Shown: positions 45,788-55,461 of the stretch, piece by piece
Position numbering within the stretch: the first letter of the stretch is position 1
How the letters are laid out: every line of letters starts with the position of its first letter
DNA from: Bdellovibrionales bacterium
GTDB taxonomy: Bacteria > Bdellovibrionota > Bdellovibrionia > Bdellovibrionales > UBA840
NCBI GenBank assembly: GCA_045110695.1
Contig: JBGCGH010000023.1
Coordinates: 34,238 to 98,237, forward strand
Direction of reading: 5' to 3'
Length of the DNA stretch: 64,000 nt
Made by a program: the position numbers and the translations under genes
Notes under the pieces: generated by a model
The model's database searches: none
Seen by the model: the letters and a program-made list of their open reading frames with translations, nothing else
What the model was told of the DNA's origin: nothing

Positions 45788-47242
45788 TTAGGATGCTTCT
45801 GCGGATAGCTCTAAAGCCGCAGCCTCCGGGGGCTGCCTTTTTGGCAAACGAATCACAAATCGAGTATTAACAAACTTAGTATCTACTTCAATATCGCCAT
45901 TGTGAGCATCGATTATTTTTTTACTAATACTTAGACCAATTCCCGTACCCTTTTCTCGAGACTTTGTTGTGTAGTAGGGATCAAATAATTGATCAACAAT
46001 ATCTTGGGGAATCCCACAGCCGGAGTCTGTAACGCTGATTTCAACTAAGCCCTCACCCTCGACTTCGATTCCTCGAATTTGCACCCAAGGCTTCTCGCTA
46101 CCTGTTATTTCGTCAATTGCGTTATTCACCAAATTAATTAGAACCTGACTCAATTCGATGGGGGAACATTCTAAAGATACATCACTACCTACAAAAGTTT
46201 TTAAGGCAACTCCATGAGTTTTAAGTTTGGCCTGAACTATTTCAATCGACTCTTCCACTACATTTTTTAACCTAACTAGCTCCATTGGGTCCTCAACGCT
46301 ATTTCTAGAATACTTTCTGTAGCTTGAGGTGATCTTCTCCAGTTTTTTAACCGCTTTCTGAATTTTTTCAGAGGATTTCTCAATAACTTCGGGCCTAGGT
46401 TCCTCCTTAGATATCTCTCGTTGTAATCGATCGCTCCACCCATTAACAACGGCTAAATGGTTGTTAAGTTCATGACCAAGGCTACCGGCTACTTCACCAA
46501 TAGAAGAAAACTTTGAAGCCTTGTCTAGCATCTTTTGAGTTCTTAAAAGTTCATTCTTGGCTTTCTCTAGGATTGCTCCGTGACCTTTCTCTTTTTCAAG
46601 AAGGTCCTCTAGCATGTCCTCTCTTGCATAAGATTTTTGAACCAGCCGTATGGTAAAAAATAAAACTATGAAAACCCCTGACAAGGACAGCCCCACAATA
46701 ATGGATGAATGCAGTAGAGCTGCCTGGTGTTTATCAGTAATTCCTGAAATTTTATCCTTTAAATTATTATTTACAATTTGTGAATCAACATAAATTCTAT
46801 CTTGTAAAAAGAGCAATTCTGAAAATTTAGCATCTATTTTTCTATCTAAGACTTTTCTATCTCTAGAATTTCTTGTTGCTGAAATACTTGCTTCTAGTTT
46901 TTCAAAATCAGTGAGTGTAGATAAGAACTTTTTAATTGAATGATCTAGGTTTGTATCATTGGCGAGGTTTTTATTATCAAGCTCATCTTTTATAGCTGAA
47001 AGGCCCTGATTTATAAAGCCCTCTCCTCTTACTTCAAAATCTAATTTTTTAAGTAATACCCCAACTTCTACGAAGCTCATACTCAAACTAATTCTATCAA
47101 ATTCTAAGCGCTGCTTCACCGTATCCTGGGCTTCAGTAAAAAAGCTTTTAAAATGATGTACCTGCCATAGCACACCACTTACCGTCAGTGAAATCAGAAG
47201 AGTTAAGACTGTTACAACATATTTGGGCTTAGATCTTTTCAA
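45788..47242 (-). CDS. Sensor histidine kinase
   Basis: Two TM segments flanking a periplasmic region. H-box VAGSLGHELNNHL. N box LINLVNNAIDE. G boxes DSGCGI and GTGIGLSISKKII. Confidence 0.9.
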   Translation of the reverse strand: MKRSKPKYVVTVLTLLISLTVSGVLWQVHHFKSFFTEAQDTVKQRLEFDRISLSMSFVEVGVLLKKLDFEVRGEGFINQGLSAIKDELDNKNLANDTNLDHSIKKFLSTLTDFEKLEASISATRNSRDRKVLDRKIDAKFSELLFLQDRIYVDSQIVNNNLKDKISGITDKHQAALLHSSIIVGLSLSGVFIVLFFTIRLVQKSYAREDMLEDLLEKEKGHGAILEKAKNELLRTQKMLDKASKFSSIGEVAGSLGHELNNHLAVVNGWSDRLQREISKEEPRPEVIEKSSEKIQKAVKKLEKITSSYRKYSRNSVEDPMELVRLKNVVEESIEIVQAKLKTHGVALKTFVGSDVSLECSPIELSQVLINLVNNAIDEITGSEKPWVQIRGIEVEGEGLVEISVTDSGCGIPQDIVDQLFDPYYTTKSREKGTGIGLSISKKIIDAHNGDIEVDTKFVNTRFVIRLPKRQPPEAAALELSAEAS

Positions 47243-48099
47243 TTCAGTGCCCCCACAGGTATTAGGTTTTTATCTTTGATTACTTTCTGTCCATCTTCAC
47301 TGAGCAAAAATTGTATTATTTTACTCTCCGCTTTTTGTAGTGGAATTTTTAATACAAAGTATAGTTGTCTTGTAAAATCATAGGTCCGATCAGCAGAGTT
47401 TTTTGAATTACAATTCGAAGCAAACTCTTTTTTGTTACCATAATTTAGAACAGTGATATTTCTTTCTAGATCGGGTTTAGTCCTAAGGTCCGCAAGGGAT
47501 ACAAAGCCAAGGGAGTTTTGCTGTTTACCCACTGCCTCCAAAACCATTTTAGAAGTTTTAACAGTTTTAACTGTCGGTGAAAACTCATCATTTTTTTTAC
47601 CTAAATGATTTTTAAAAAATGCAACAGTGCCACTTTCTTTAGGTCCACTAAAAATAGTTAAAGCCCCTGTATGGTGGGAACTCAATAGGTTTTTAACCTT
47701 CCCTTCCTTCGAAAAATATAAACTTACAAGCTCTTGCTTGTCTATTTTAGAAGAACTCTTAGGTATCGATTTTTTATTGGCAATAATACAGATACTATCT
47801 AGCCCGATTTGAAATGGCTTTAAAAGAATATCTTTATTCTTTGCAGATCTCAACTCCTCAGAATAAAGTGGCCTAGACATGCGAGCTATGCTCGCTTTGC
47901 CACTTAATAAGTCCTCGTATCCCTCAGTAGAACCGCTGCCTGTGAGGACAATCTGCTTCCCAGAAACCTTTTCAAAAGTGGGTTTCAATTCCCTTGATAA
48001 ATCTAATAAGGTAGATGATCCAGAGATAACTAGCTTTTGATCAGCTAAGCTAGGAATTGATAATAGACATAAAATCATCAAATTAAATAAGACATTCAT
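47239..48099 (-). CDS. Periplasmic PstS-like (PBP-like) substrate-binding protein
   Basis: Signal peptide. ISGSSTLLDL...LTGSGSTEGYEDLLSGKASIARMSRPL, typical of phosphate-binding-protein-like domains. 4-nt overlap with the kinase gene. Confidence 0.7.
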   Translation of the reverse strand: MNVLFNLMILCLLSIPSLADQKLVISGSSTLLDLSRELKPTFEKVSGKQIVLTGSGSTEGYEDLLSGKASIARMSRPLYSEELRSAKNKDILLKPFQIGLDSICIIANKKSIPKSSSKIDKQELVSLYFSKEGKVKNLLSSHHTGALTIFSGPKESGTVAFFKNHLGKKNDEFSPTVKTVKTSKMVLEAVGKQQNSLGFVSLADLRTKPDLERNITVLNYGNKKEFASNCNSKNSADRTYDFTRQLYFVLKIPLQKAESKIIQFLLSEDGQKVIKDKNLIPVGALN

Positions 48100-48241
48100 T
48101 ATACTAGTATCGGATTTATTTAATTTAGATGAATAAGAAGTTTAAAATTTTAGATGATCTAAACTATTTAGTTATTAACGTTTCAAATAGAGACTCAATA
48201 TCCTCTAAGTAATTAATTAGCTTAGATGCCATATGAAAACC

Positions 48242-48691
48242 TTAGTGGCACTGCTTTATATTTATATAGTGGGAAACAGATAAAGTTATTCCCCCAAGCA
48301 CAGTGAGACTAAGCTCAATTCTTTCGCCCAGCTCAGAATGGTGCAACAGTTCTGGAATGATTACGCCAAGAAAAAGTAACCCAACACCTGCAAATCCAGC
48401 AAAAAGTAATTTTGAGTTGTTGTGAACTTTGTATGAACCATAGAAAGCCTTAATTGCTACCGGCACTACCAAAACCAGCATAATTTGATGAAACAAGCCA
48501 TGGTTAGTAACTTGAAACAAAGTAGGAACAATCAACATAAGAAGAGGCGTCGCTAAACAGTGTATCATACAGACAATTGAGAGGGCGATACCCACTCTAT
48601 CGGATGCTAGGTGAACCTTCTCATGTTTGTGAGAGCAGTCCTGGATTTTTGTTGTTTTTTCGATACTTTGCATACTAGCGGAAGCTATCAC
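48242..48691 (-). CDS. MerC-like membrane protein
   Basis: Four TM helices. IVCMIHCLATPLL motif resembles the MerC family. Confidence 0.55.
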   Translation of the reverse strand: MIASASMQSIEKTTKIQDCSHKHEKVHLASDRVGIALSIVCMIHCLATPLLMLIVPTLFQVTNHGLFHQIMLVLVVPVAIKAFYGSYKVHNNSKLLFAGFAGVGLLFLGVIIPELLHHSELGERIELSLTVLGGITLSVSHYINIKQCH

Positions 48692-48827
48692 GTTTTCCGA
48701 CGAAAGAAAATAATGAATGCCTGTTTTGAGCTTTATTTAAAACTCACTAAGCATCTGTTTTTACTATGTTTTATTAGACTCCAGACAACAAGCTTGATTC
48801 TTCCTGCTATCAAGTGGAATATAAAGT

Positions 48828-49373
48828 ATGGAAGAGTATAAAAATATATTAGATTTTTGGTTTGAAGAACTTAGTCCAATGGAGAAATTTCAAAAGAATT
48901 CTGACTTGGATAACAAAATAAAAACAAGATTTCTCCACCTAGTAGAAAAGGCTGAGAAATCTGAATGTTGGAGATGGAGGGAGACTCCCCAGGGAAGCCT
49001 TGCGGAAATCATCTTGCTGGACCAATTTAAACGGAATATTTTTCGAGACCAAGCTCGCGCATTTTCTTCAGATAGCTTCGCACTTTCCCTTACTCAAAAT
49101 GCTATTTCTAAGGGATTTGACCAAGATCTGAATCTGGAGTACCGGTCGTTTCTGTATATGCCATTTCAACACTCCGAGTCCCTCGCTATTCACGAAGAAG
49201 GATTGCGTCTAATGCAACTTACAGGGCTAGACGATGGGTTTATTGAGTATGAAATAAAACATAAGGTAATCATTGAGAGATTTGGCCGTTACCCTCACCG
49301 AAATGAAATTCTTGGCCGAGAGAGCACAGATGAGGAGATCAGTTTCCTTCAAGAGCCTAACTCCTCATTTTAA
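48828..49373 (+). CDS. DUF924 family protein
   Basis: ILDFWFE, ILLDQFKRNIFR, YMPFQHSE and FGRYPHRNEILGRESTDEE are the conserved DUF924 blocks. Confidence 0.8.
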   Translation: MEEYKNILDFWFEELSPMEKFQKNSDLDNKIKTRFLHLVEKAEKSECWRWRETPQGSLAEIILLDQFKRNIFRDQARAFSSDSFALSLTQNAISKGFDQDLNLEYRSFLYMPFQHSESLAIHEEGLRLMQLTGLDDGFIEYEIKHKVIIERFGRYPHRNEILGRESTDEEISFLQEPNSSF

Positions 49374-49423
49374 AGCCAATTGACTGACTTGCAGAATCAC
49401 TAGGAAGGTCCTATAAGGATATT

Positions 49424-50485
49424 ATGAGTAGTTGTTGTCCACCGAGCCCTGAAGAATCTAATAGTTGTCATAGTAGCAAAAAAACGGACTATGTTTTTTG
49501 GGCTGGACTCTTTACGATTGCTTTTTTCTATTTGAGCTACCTTTTATCGGATAGCATTGAAATTTTTTATGGTTATAAACATATTTCCCATCACTTTTAC
49601 GATCTGATGAATAAGATGTGGTGGGGAATTGGGATCGGAGCCCTAGCAGTAGGTCTTCTAGAGCTTGTCCCTCAACATGCCGTTCATAGGATAATGCGGG
49701 GAAAAACTCGATTGGGCGGAATTTTCAAAGCCACTTTCGCAGGCCTTCTTTTGGATCTTTGCTCCCACGGTATTTTGATGGTCGGGGTAAAACTTCATAA
49801 AAAGGGACTGAGCACTGGTCAGCTTATGGCTTTTCTTATTGCTAGTCCGTGGAACTCACTCTCCCTAACAATTATTCTAATCAATATGATTGGATGGTTT
49901 TGGACACTGTCTTTTATTCTATTATCTGGAATTCTGGCTATTACTACCGGCCTGCTATTTGATTTTTTTGAAGACAAGGGTGTCCTTGAAAAAACACATC
50001 CTGAATCAAGTCCCGAGGATATGGCCGCAAACTTTAGTTTTAGTGATTTTCTAGTCGCGGTTCCAAAAAAACCCAGCATCTTTTTAAGCCAGATCCTTGG
50101 CAAAGGCCTCAAAGATTCCCAATCCATAATCAAATGGTTGTTCGTAGGAATTATTATTGCCAGCCTACTCAGAATTTTCGCCACCCCTGAACAGTATGCA
50201 AACATTTTTGGTCCAGACCTTATAGGTCTGCTATCAACTTTAGGCCTTGCGACGGTAGTGGAAGTTTGCTCTGAGGGAAGTGCGCCTATCGCTGCGGATA
50301 TCTTAAATAGAGCTAGTGCACCAGGTAATGCTTTTGCCTTTTTAATGGCTGGAATTGCTACAGATTATACCGAAATAATGGTGCTAAAGGATGCATTTAA
50401 ATCGTGGAAGAAAGCGCTCTTCCTCCCACTTCTATGTCTGCCTCAGGTGTTCTTAATATCCTGGTTAATCAATACCTTCGCGTGA
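49424..50485 (+). CDS. Permease (ArsP/DUF318-type) with Cys-rich N-terminus; putative metal transporter
   Basis: MSSCCPPSPEESNSCH N-terminus, about 8 TM helices, VEVCSEGSAPIAADIL motif. Confidence 0.65.
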   Translation: MSSCCPPSPEESNSCHSSKKTDYVFWAGLFTIAFFYLSYLLSDSIEIFYGYKHISHHFYDLMNKMWWGIGIGALAVGLLELVPQHAVHRIMRGKTRLGGIFKATFAGLLLDLCSHGILMVGVKLHKKGLSTGQLMAFLIASPWNSLSLTIILINMIGWFWTLSFILLSGILAITTGLLFDFFEDKGVLEKTHPESSPEDMAANFSFSDFLVAVPKKPSIFLSQILGKGLKDSQSIIKWLFVGIIIASLLRIFATPEQYANIFGPDLIGLLSTLGLATVVEVCSEGSAPIAADILNRASAPGNAFAFLMAGIATDYTEIMVLKDAFKSWKKALFLPLLCLPQVFLISWLINTFA

Positions 50486-50983
50486 ACGAGCAGAATAAAG
50501 CCATCCCGAAACCTTGGGTCTAAAAAGTAGAAGAGCAGAAAACAAGAGCCAAAAAATAGCATAGGATACATAAAAGGCTTCCATCTTATTTATTGCTAAG
50601 GCTTCCATTTTAAAAGCAATGTAGTAACTAAATGGACCAAAAAAGCCAAACAGAACTAGCATTACATATCTAAGCTTTTTAAAGGTCGCATAGTTATAAA
50701 TAAACAAACTTGAAAAACTTAGCCAACAGGCACAAATAGCCATGGTTGCATAGCGATCTAGGTCTATGACACCTAATTGGTGCATAACCACATCAAACAT
50801 AAACCCCATCGCCGTGAGAAGTAGAACTTTCCTCCAGAAGGAACCTTGTGGCTTGTAAGTTTTTTGCACTATAAACAGAAAAAGAATCAAAGCTGCTGGT
50901 ATTAAGAAGTACCACCTCATAGAGGCTGAATAAACATAAGCAAACCAGAAGAAATTAAAAAGTATGGCGGGAATAGCGGTCAT
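50465..50983 (-). CDS. Polytopic membrane protein (DUF2878-like)
   Basis: 172 aa with about 5 TM helices. Family name is a tentative recollection. Confidence 0.45.
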   Translation of the reverse strand: MTAIPAILFNFFWFAYVYSASMRWYFLIPAALILFLFIVQKTYKPQGSFWRKVLLLTAMGFMFDVVMHQLGVIDLDRYATMAICACWLSFSSLFIYNYATFKKLRYVMLVLFGFFGPFSYYIAFKMEALAINKMEAFYVSYAIFWLLFSALLLFRPKVSGWLYSARSREGID

Positions 50984-51285
50984 ATATTAGTTTCCTTTTT
51001 GTTCCAATGAACTAGCATTGCACAGTAAGGAACACTAACTAGCGCCCCACCGGCAAAAGACAAAGCACATACAATTATTGCTCGTTTTGGTTTTGGGTCA
51101 AAGTAAAAACCAAGAATGCCTATAAGAACTAAATTAATATACAAATCGATCGTAATTGTAATAAACCAACGACTCGATTTTAAACTTTCAAAAGACACAA
51201 AAAAGTTTTCAGCAGAATAGGCCCACAGACATGATCCGATCATCAATAAAAAAAAAAAAAAAAATATAAAGTTTCTAATCGACAT
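50980..51285 (-). CDS. Small membrane (lipo)protein containing a T16 homopolymer
   Basis: ATG 51285 with AAGGA 7 nt upstream. MSIRNFIFFFFFLLMIGSC..., where the F-run is encoded by a T16 run (A16 on the + strand, 51248-51263). 3 TM segments. Confidence 0.5.
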   Translation of the reverse strand: MSIRNFIFFFFFLLMIGSCLWAYSAENFFVSFESLKSSRWFITITIDLYINLVLIGILGFYFDPKPKRAIIVCALSFAGGALVSVPYCAMLVHWNKKETNI

Positions 51286-52105
51286 CCCAAATCCTTTTTT
51301 TGGTCAACACCATTGAATAGCCGTAGTTGTAGTAGGCCGCTTCATTTATAAAGATTGGAAACACTTCTTCCTCTCCCATATATAATTCCACTTCCCCATC
51401 GAAGCCAAGCATAAGAGGCTCTCCCTTCTGAAGGGGCTTAAAGTCTTTTCCTTGCCTATCAGGGTGAACCATATTTAAAAATAAATCATCCTCTTTTTGA
51501 TAAGTAACTTTTTGATCCCAGGCATACACTTCCAGCTGCCCAGATATCTTAGAATACTTGCCATCGTTTATAGCCTCCATCAAGATACTTAAAAGCTCCT
51601 TAGTTTTTAAATAAACATTCGGATCTATTAGGTTATTGGCTACTGGACCTACTTCTACTACAATTCCATTTTTACATTTAGATGTTAAATACGCATCTCC
51701 AGCCTCACCGTAGTAAATAATCTTAAGAGATTTAACTTGCCTTTGAACGTATAGAAGTAATTTTTCTAGTACAGTATTTCTTTCCGGTAAGATACAGGTA
51801 AGCCCCATATTTGTAGTAGTACTGTGAAGATCAATTACAAAATCAAACTGGTCCAACTTGAATTCACCTAGAATACGAGCGGCCAATTTCGACTCGTGCA
51901 TCTCTGGTGTATTCTCTGATTGTAAATCGAAACTGCGATTAAGGTCTTTATCGACAAATCTCTTTCTCTCTTCAAAGGCTCTCTGATTGGCGAGCAATGT
52001 CTTGAAAGAATACTTTTTAGTTAAATCTAAAATGTCTGGATCTTGTAACAAATAAACCCCTGTCCATTCATTACCATGAGTTCCCCCAACTAAAAGATGA
52101 TTCAC
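51275..52105 (-). CDS. Succinylglutamate desuccinylase/aspartoacylase family zinc hydrolase
   Basis: N-terminal LVGGTHGNEWTG and DLHSTT motifs. Confidence 0.8.
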   Translation of the reverse strand: MNHLLVGGTHGNEWTGVYLLQDPDILDLTKKYSFKTLLANQRAFEERKRFVDKDLNRSFDLQSENTPEMHESKLAARILGEFKLDQFDFVIDLHSTTTNMGLTCILPERNTVLEKLLLYVQRQVKSLKIIYYGEAGDAYLTSKCKNGIVVEVGPVANNLIDPNVYLKTKELLSILMEAINDGKYSKISGQLEVYAWDQKVTYQKEDDLFLNMVHPDRQGKDFKPLQKGEPLMLGFDGEVELYMGEEEVFPIFINEAAYYNYGYSMVLTKKRIWDVD

Positions 52106-52123
52106 CTTTCTCTCCTAAACCGA

Positions 52124-53878
52124 TCATTGTAAGGGGGATAGATTACCTCGGCCAAAAAGCCTTAAACCTCGATGGACTAAGTCATAAACGGAGCTGTCTT
52201 CCTCTGCGAGATTCTTCAGTTCTGACTCGAGTCGGTCAGACAAGGAGTCCAATGCTAAAATTTCAGATAACTCTAAAATTTCCCATCTCGCTAACCAATT
52301 TTTTGGATCTACAGATAGAGAGTCTTGGTGAAGCTCTACAAGCTGAGATTCAGTTATATCATTTGATTCTCGTAAATTTCGAAGCCTACCTAAAAGATCC
52401 GAAAAGGCTTTATTATCTTCAGTTAGGTTAGTTTTATGCGGTTTAGCTTTTAGCGTCATTTCCTCGACCTGACTGAGGTATGAAGCGCGATCTGGAGCTC
52501 CACCAAAAACCTCCGCCGCCTCCGTTGAACAAGCCATATCAAAAGTTCCCCAACTAGGATCAAAAAGAACTTCGCTTCCTAAGCTCACCGTACAATCTTC
52601 AAAGCTAAAAATTTGATTTAGCCCAGAAAACCTCGTGATCTTAATTAAACGTCCCTCAATTAAAACTCCAGATTGGTACTTTATCTTGACAGAATTCCCC
52701 TCCAGGAGTCCCTCTTTCTCCAGCTCATCAAAACTAAAATGATCCAAGCCTTTGTCATAAGATTCTATTTTTCCTAGCGGAGTTCCAAATCCCTCTTTGT
52801 GGTATAGTGGGCCCTGACCAGGGATTTCTTTATTGTTTTCAGCTAACTGCGTAGGCCCTGTAAAATGTAAATAACTAACCAAACCTTCGTGGACCCGATA
52901 TTTTACCAACTGACCGCCAACCTGTAAACCGCTGGAAAGTTCAGTAGTGGTCACTGTTTCAGCTCTTATGGCTTTATCTAAGGACTCAGTGCTTGGGTTT
53001 GTATAGGCCATTGTAGCGGCCAAATCATCGATTACAGACTCCATCTCTTTAAAACTCTCAGCATAAAACAATTGAGGTTGTGGTTTTGTAATATCATAGT
53101 CTTGCTTGATACAGTCTATTGTCAGCGGAATCTTCTTAACTTCATCTCCGAGACAAGTATAACTTTCACCAATCGAACTCAACAAACCCGCGCCATAGAT
53201 TTTAAATTCTCCACCTTCTTTAATTAGGCCGTACTCTAAAGACCACCAACCTAAACGCGCCGCCTGTTGAGCCTCACTAACATAGCCAACAGTTTTGTAA
53301 GCCTCATCCAAATTCTCTTGCGCTTTTTTAATATCTTCTTCTGAGCTTTCTGGGTCCTCTTTTGTTTCAGATAAATTCAAGATAGCCTCATATACCACAC
53401 AGTCTTCTTTAGCGAAAATTACTTTCCTAGCTAAGCTTCCAAAACGTCTGAGGAAGCTCGCATAGGATGGATCGGCTATTATGGGAGCATGCCCTGCAGC
53501 TTCATGCACTATATCTGGAGAGGGGGTATATTCAATATTCTCCAGTTTTCTCATATCACAAGCTATAGGTAGAATTCCCAAACTTAACATTTCTAGAAAA
53601 ATAGCTGGGGGTACGAATCCAGTAATGGGAACAGCTCTCCATCCAAACTTTTGTAAACGCTCATCCATCTCAGAGATTTTGGGAATGCGCTCGGTACTTA
53701 TTCCTGTTTCATTCAGACCATCTAAGTATTTTGAGTGGGCCTTATGTTGAAAATAGTATTGGGAAATCTTCATGATATATCGCCAAACACTATGATCCGT
53801 ATGTGTATATAAATCGTAATCTTGAGTGGCGATATACTGGCAAAGGTGGACTGGGATTGTTTTAATTACGGTTTCCAT
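52124..53878 (-). CDS. Aromatic amino acid hydroxylase-like protein (long form)
   Basis: Iron-binding PDIVHEAAGHAPI (PDxxHExxGHxP) in the N-terminal half. About 300-aa C-terminal extension of unknown function. Confidence 0.75.
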   Translation of the reverse strand: METVIKTIPVHLCQYIATQDYDLYTHTDHSVWRYIMKISQYYFQHKAHSKYLDGLNETGISTERIPKISEMDERLQKFGWRAVPITGFVPPAIFLEMLSLGILPIACDMRKLENIEYTPSPDIVHEAAGHAPIIADPSYASFLRRFGSLARKVIFAKEDCVVYEAILNLSETKEDPESSEEDIKKAQENLDEAYKTVGYVSEAQQAARLGWWSLEYGLIKEGGEFKIYGAGLLSSIGESYTCLGDEVKKIPLTIDCIKQDYDITKPQPQLFYAESFKEMESVIDDLAATMAYTNPSTESLDKAIRAETVTTTELSSGLQVGGQLVKYRVHEGLVSYLHFTGPTQLAENNKEIPGQGPLYHKEGFGTPLGKIESYDKGLDHFSFDELEKEGLLEGNSVKIKYQSGVLIEGRLIKITRFSGLNQIFSFEDCTVSLGSEVLFDPSWGTFDMACSTEAAEVFGGAPDRASYLSQVEEMTLKAKPHKTNLTEDNKAFSDLLGRLRNLRESNDITESQLVELHQDSLSVDPKNWLARWEILELSEILALDSLSDRLESELKNLAEEDSSVYDLVHRGLRLFGRGNLSPLQ

Positions 53879-54301
53879 GCTCGAAAGCTTATCATAGAAA
53901 CACAGAAGCCTAAAACCTTTTGAAAACCCAGCAATATCAGGGTCTTAGGCTTAGGTTGAAAGCAAAAAGCATAGGCATTCGTCAAACTTTGAAGCACATT
54001 TGCGCACTCCAAATGGATGTAAACAACTCAATAAGTCTCGAGTTTTTGGCATTGATTGATTGGTGTTCTTTACGGGCTTTGATTTAGTTCTAGTTTATCA
54101 AGAAAAATTGAAAAACTTTGACGAACTGAACAATAAATTTAAAACATCAATATTGCCAAACAAATTTTCCCCCAAGGTATTCCTAAATGCAGACTCCAAT
54201 TTATTAAATAAATTTGCAAGACCTTCGGTGAAAACTAATTTACTATGATAATTTGAAAATCTTTAATTAGCTTTCTAAATTACTTTCAAAAAGGATGCGT
54301 A

Positions 54302-55084
54302 TTGGCTGCTACAACAACTAAGAACGTTAAATTCAAAAATCGAAATGGTCACCTACTGTCGGGACGAATTGATATACCTAACGAAGTCAATATTTGTGCT
54401 TATGGGGTTTTTGCCCATTGCTTCACATGTGGTAAGAACTTTACCGCTGCGAATAAAATAAGTAAGGCTCTTGCAAAAGAAGGTGTCGCGATGCTTCGCT
54501 TTGATTTTACTGGAATTGGTGAATCTGAAGGAGAGTTCTCTGAGACAAATTTTACAACAAGAGTCGAGGATATTATCTCAGCCGGTGATTTTTTAAGTGA
54601 AGAATTCGAAGCTCCAAAATTACTTGTTGGCCATAGCTTTGGAGGTGCCGCAGCCTTAGCCGCCTGCAAGGATATGGATTATATCAATACTGTGGCAACG
54701 ATTGCCGCCCCTGCAAATCCTGAGCATGTACTACATATTCTAGATCCCATTCGATCTGACTTAGATAAAGATATAGATTCTGAGATAAGCTTACCATCAG
54801 GGAAGTTTGTTTTTAAGAAGCAGTTTATCGATGATGCTTTAAAGATTGATTTTTTGACAGACCTAAAGAGAGTTCGAAAAAGCTTTTTAGTAATGCATTC
54901 ACCTTTTGACGATACGGTTGAAATTTCAAATGCTAGTGAAATTTTCATGGCACAGAAACATCCAAAGTCATTTTTGACTTTAGATTACGCCGAACACCTA
55001 TTAACAAAACCTAAAGACTCTGAATATTGTGGCCAGATGATATATCATTGGGCCAAGAGATATTTTAAAACCTACAACGGATAG
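54302..55084 (+). CDS. Alpha/beta hydrolase
   Basis: Nucleophile elbow VGHSFGG. 260 aa. TTG start with AAGGA 6 nt upstream. Confidence 0.8.
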   Translation: MAATTTKNVKFKNRNGHLLSGRIDIPNEVNICAYGVFAHCFTCGKNFTAANKISKALAKEGVAMLRFDFTGIGESEGEFSETNFTTRVEDIISAGDFLSEEFEAPKLLVGHSFGGAAALAACKDMDYINTVATIAAPANPEHVLHILDPIRSDLDKDIDSEISLPSGKFVFKKQFIDDALKIDFLTDLKRVRKSFLVMHSPFDDTVEISNASEIFMAQKHPKSFLTLDYAEHLLTKPKDSEYCGQMIYHWAKRYFKTYNG

Positions 55085-55155
55085 ATGAAAAATCAATTTT
55101 TTCAAAAAACTATTTAACTGAAATAATCGATGAGCCTTCATACTACGAAAAGAAA

Positions 55156-55461
55156 ATGTTTGGAGGTCTTGCAATATATTTTCATGGAAAAATGGTTCTT
55201 GTTTTGGCAGAAAAAGAAGGCGATCTAAGTTACCGTGGGAAAAAATTTAAGCAGCCAATTTTTTATGGATGCTTGATACCTACGTTTTATGCTTTTCAAG
55301 ATATGGTAGATAGAAATATTCCTGGTACAATACAACATCCCGTTCTAAAAAAATGGATGTATCTTCCTCTTCAATATGAAGATTATGATACATCCATAGG
55401 TCTTTTGGTCGGTTTTATTAAAGCTCAGGTAGAATGGATTGGTATTCCGCCTAAGGCTTAG
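55156..55461 (+). CDS. TfoX N-terminal-domain-like protein, apparently 5'-frameshifted
   Basis: MFGGLAIYFHGKMVLVLAEKEGD resembles TfoX_N. The frame is open upstream to 55069 without a start, while ATG 55085 (abutting the hydrolase stop) is in another frame (see findings). Confidence 0.5.
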   Translation: MFGGLAIYFHGKMVLVLAEKEGDLSYRGKKFKQPIFYGCLIPTFYAFQDMVDRNIPGTIQHPVLKKWMYLPLQYEDYDTSIGLLVGFIKAQVEWIGIPPKA

